Shown one piece after another: positions 53,493-54,299 of a DNA stretch of 54,299 bases (position 1 is the first letter of the stretch; the number at the start of each line of letters is the position of its first letter). The notes below the pieces were generated by a model. It searched no databases. It was not told the origin of the DNA and saw only the letters and a program-made list of their open reading frames with translations. The DNA is from Prasinococcaceae sp. CCMP 1430. Lineage: Eukaryota; Plantae; Prasinodermophyta. The position numbers were made by a program, and so were the translations under genes. The DNA lies in assembly GCA_013416795.1 (NCBI GenBank), contig RQSC01000014.1, positions 431,400 to 485,698 on the forward strand. The letters run 5' to 3'.

Positions 53493-54077
53493 CTACTTGC
53501 CGTCCATGCGTGGCCTGCGACTGGGCGGCGCGTCGCCGGGCTTGAAGGACTCGGGCAGGAACGCGGCGTTGCCGGCGGCGCCGCCAACCCACCCAAGCAT
53601 AGGCGAGTCGCAGACGATGCCCTCGCTCTTCCTGCCGCCCACGGTGGTCTTCTTGACTACCACTTCGTCGCCCTTTTGGGTGATAGTGGCGCCCACAGTC
53701 GCAATGCACACGCGCTGTCCCTCGGCCATGTACGGCGCACTCGTCACAACGTTCAGTGGCTCGCCTGCCCCGACGTCTACGGTGATCGCGGAGAGCTTGC
53801 CAGCGAGCTCCTCGACCGCCTCAATTTGGCCTACCTTGAATCCCTTGAATCGCTGCTGCTCATCCTCCTCACCCTCGTCGTCATCGCCTCCGCCGGGGCG
53901 CGCGGGCCGCGGCGCCTCGCACGCCAGGCACTTCTCCTCCGCCGCCTCCTCACCCTCGTGCTCGTACATGCACTCCGGACACGTCCACGCCTCGGGCGCG
54001 GCGGCCGCCGCCTCCGCCGCCGGCTCGGCTGCGGCCGCCGCGGCCTTCTTGGCGGCCTTCTTGTCCTTGCGTGGCAT
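53493..54077 (-). CDS. RanBP2-type zinc finger + tRNA-binding OB fold (Trbp111/PheRS-beta B2-like)
   Basis: WTCPECMYEH...KCLACEAPRP; FKVGQIEAVE...KLSAITVDVG...LNVVTSAP...RVCIATVG...VGGRKSEGIVCDSPMLG. Confidence 0.85.
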   Translation of the reverse strand: MPRKDKKAAKKAAAAAAEPAAEAAAAAPEAWTCPECMYEHEGEEAAEEKCLACEAPRPARPGGGDDDEGEEDEQQRFKGFKVGQIEAVEELAGKLSAITVDVGAGEPLNVVTSAPYMAEGQRVCIATVGATITQKGDEVVVKKTTVGGRKSEGIVCDSPMLGWVGGAAGNAAFLPESFKPGDAPPSRRPRMDGK

Positions 54078-54299
54078 CGTGGCAGCGGCGGCGCTCCCAG
54101 GTGCGGGGCGCGGGTGGCGCTGAGGGGAGGGGGGCGGCGCGCGTGCGAGGTGTGGGGCCCAGGCGCCGGCGGCCGTTTTTTCGTCGCATTTCAGAGGGAT
54201 TTCTTTCTGAAAATGTTTTTTTTGTGCGGCGGCGGCTGCCCCCACCAGCCGCCGGTGCGCCGCGCGGCGCCCCACTGGGTGCGCGCCTGCCGCCGCGGC

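Overview
Eukaryotic nuclear DNA, visibly very GC-rich (not computed) and gene-dense. It is most consistent with a green alga of prasinophyte grade (inference). Support: short GT-AG introns with GTGCG donors and CTGAC/CTAAC branch sites, TGTAA signals after stops, and nuclear genes for plastid proteins (CCS1, RETICULATA-like). About 35 genes or gene fragments are recognisable: PIF1, ARL8, clathrin light chain, CMC1, CCS1, a Yhm2-like mitochondrial carrier, pyruvate kinase, eIF4A, XRN, NAF1, METTL5, DCP2, SART1, an R3H-SUZ protein, an M20 peptidase, a serine carboxypeptidase fragment, a kelch-EGF surface protein and two ankyrin paralogues. One intron-containing tRNA-Gln(CUG) is present. The assembly is imperfect: an 854-nt poly-G run, two N gaps, five single Ns, an apparently identical 1182-bp duplication, and several genes cut at microsatellites or homopolymers. 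All synteny claims are therefore provisional. Best leads: (1) an ACT-ACT-RETICULATA fusion, a candidate ligand-regulated plastid amino-acid carrier; (2) a three-cluster TPR-metallophosphoesterase fusion; (3) a spliced polycystin/TRP-like pore module abutting eIF4A on the opposite strand; (4) a perfect 56-bp inverted duplication that frameshifts a probable GPI-anchor signal; (5) an ankyrin pair sharing an unrecognised N-terminal header and promoter; (6) a RanBP2-ZnF + tRNA-binding fusion and a hinderin-like protein. Family assignments come from motifs recalled from memory; no search was run. No CRISPR array, rRNA or intact transposon was seen.
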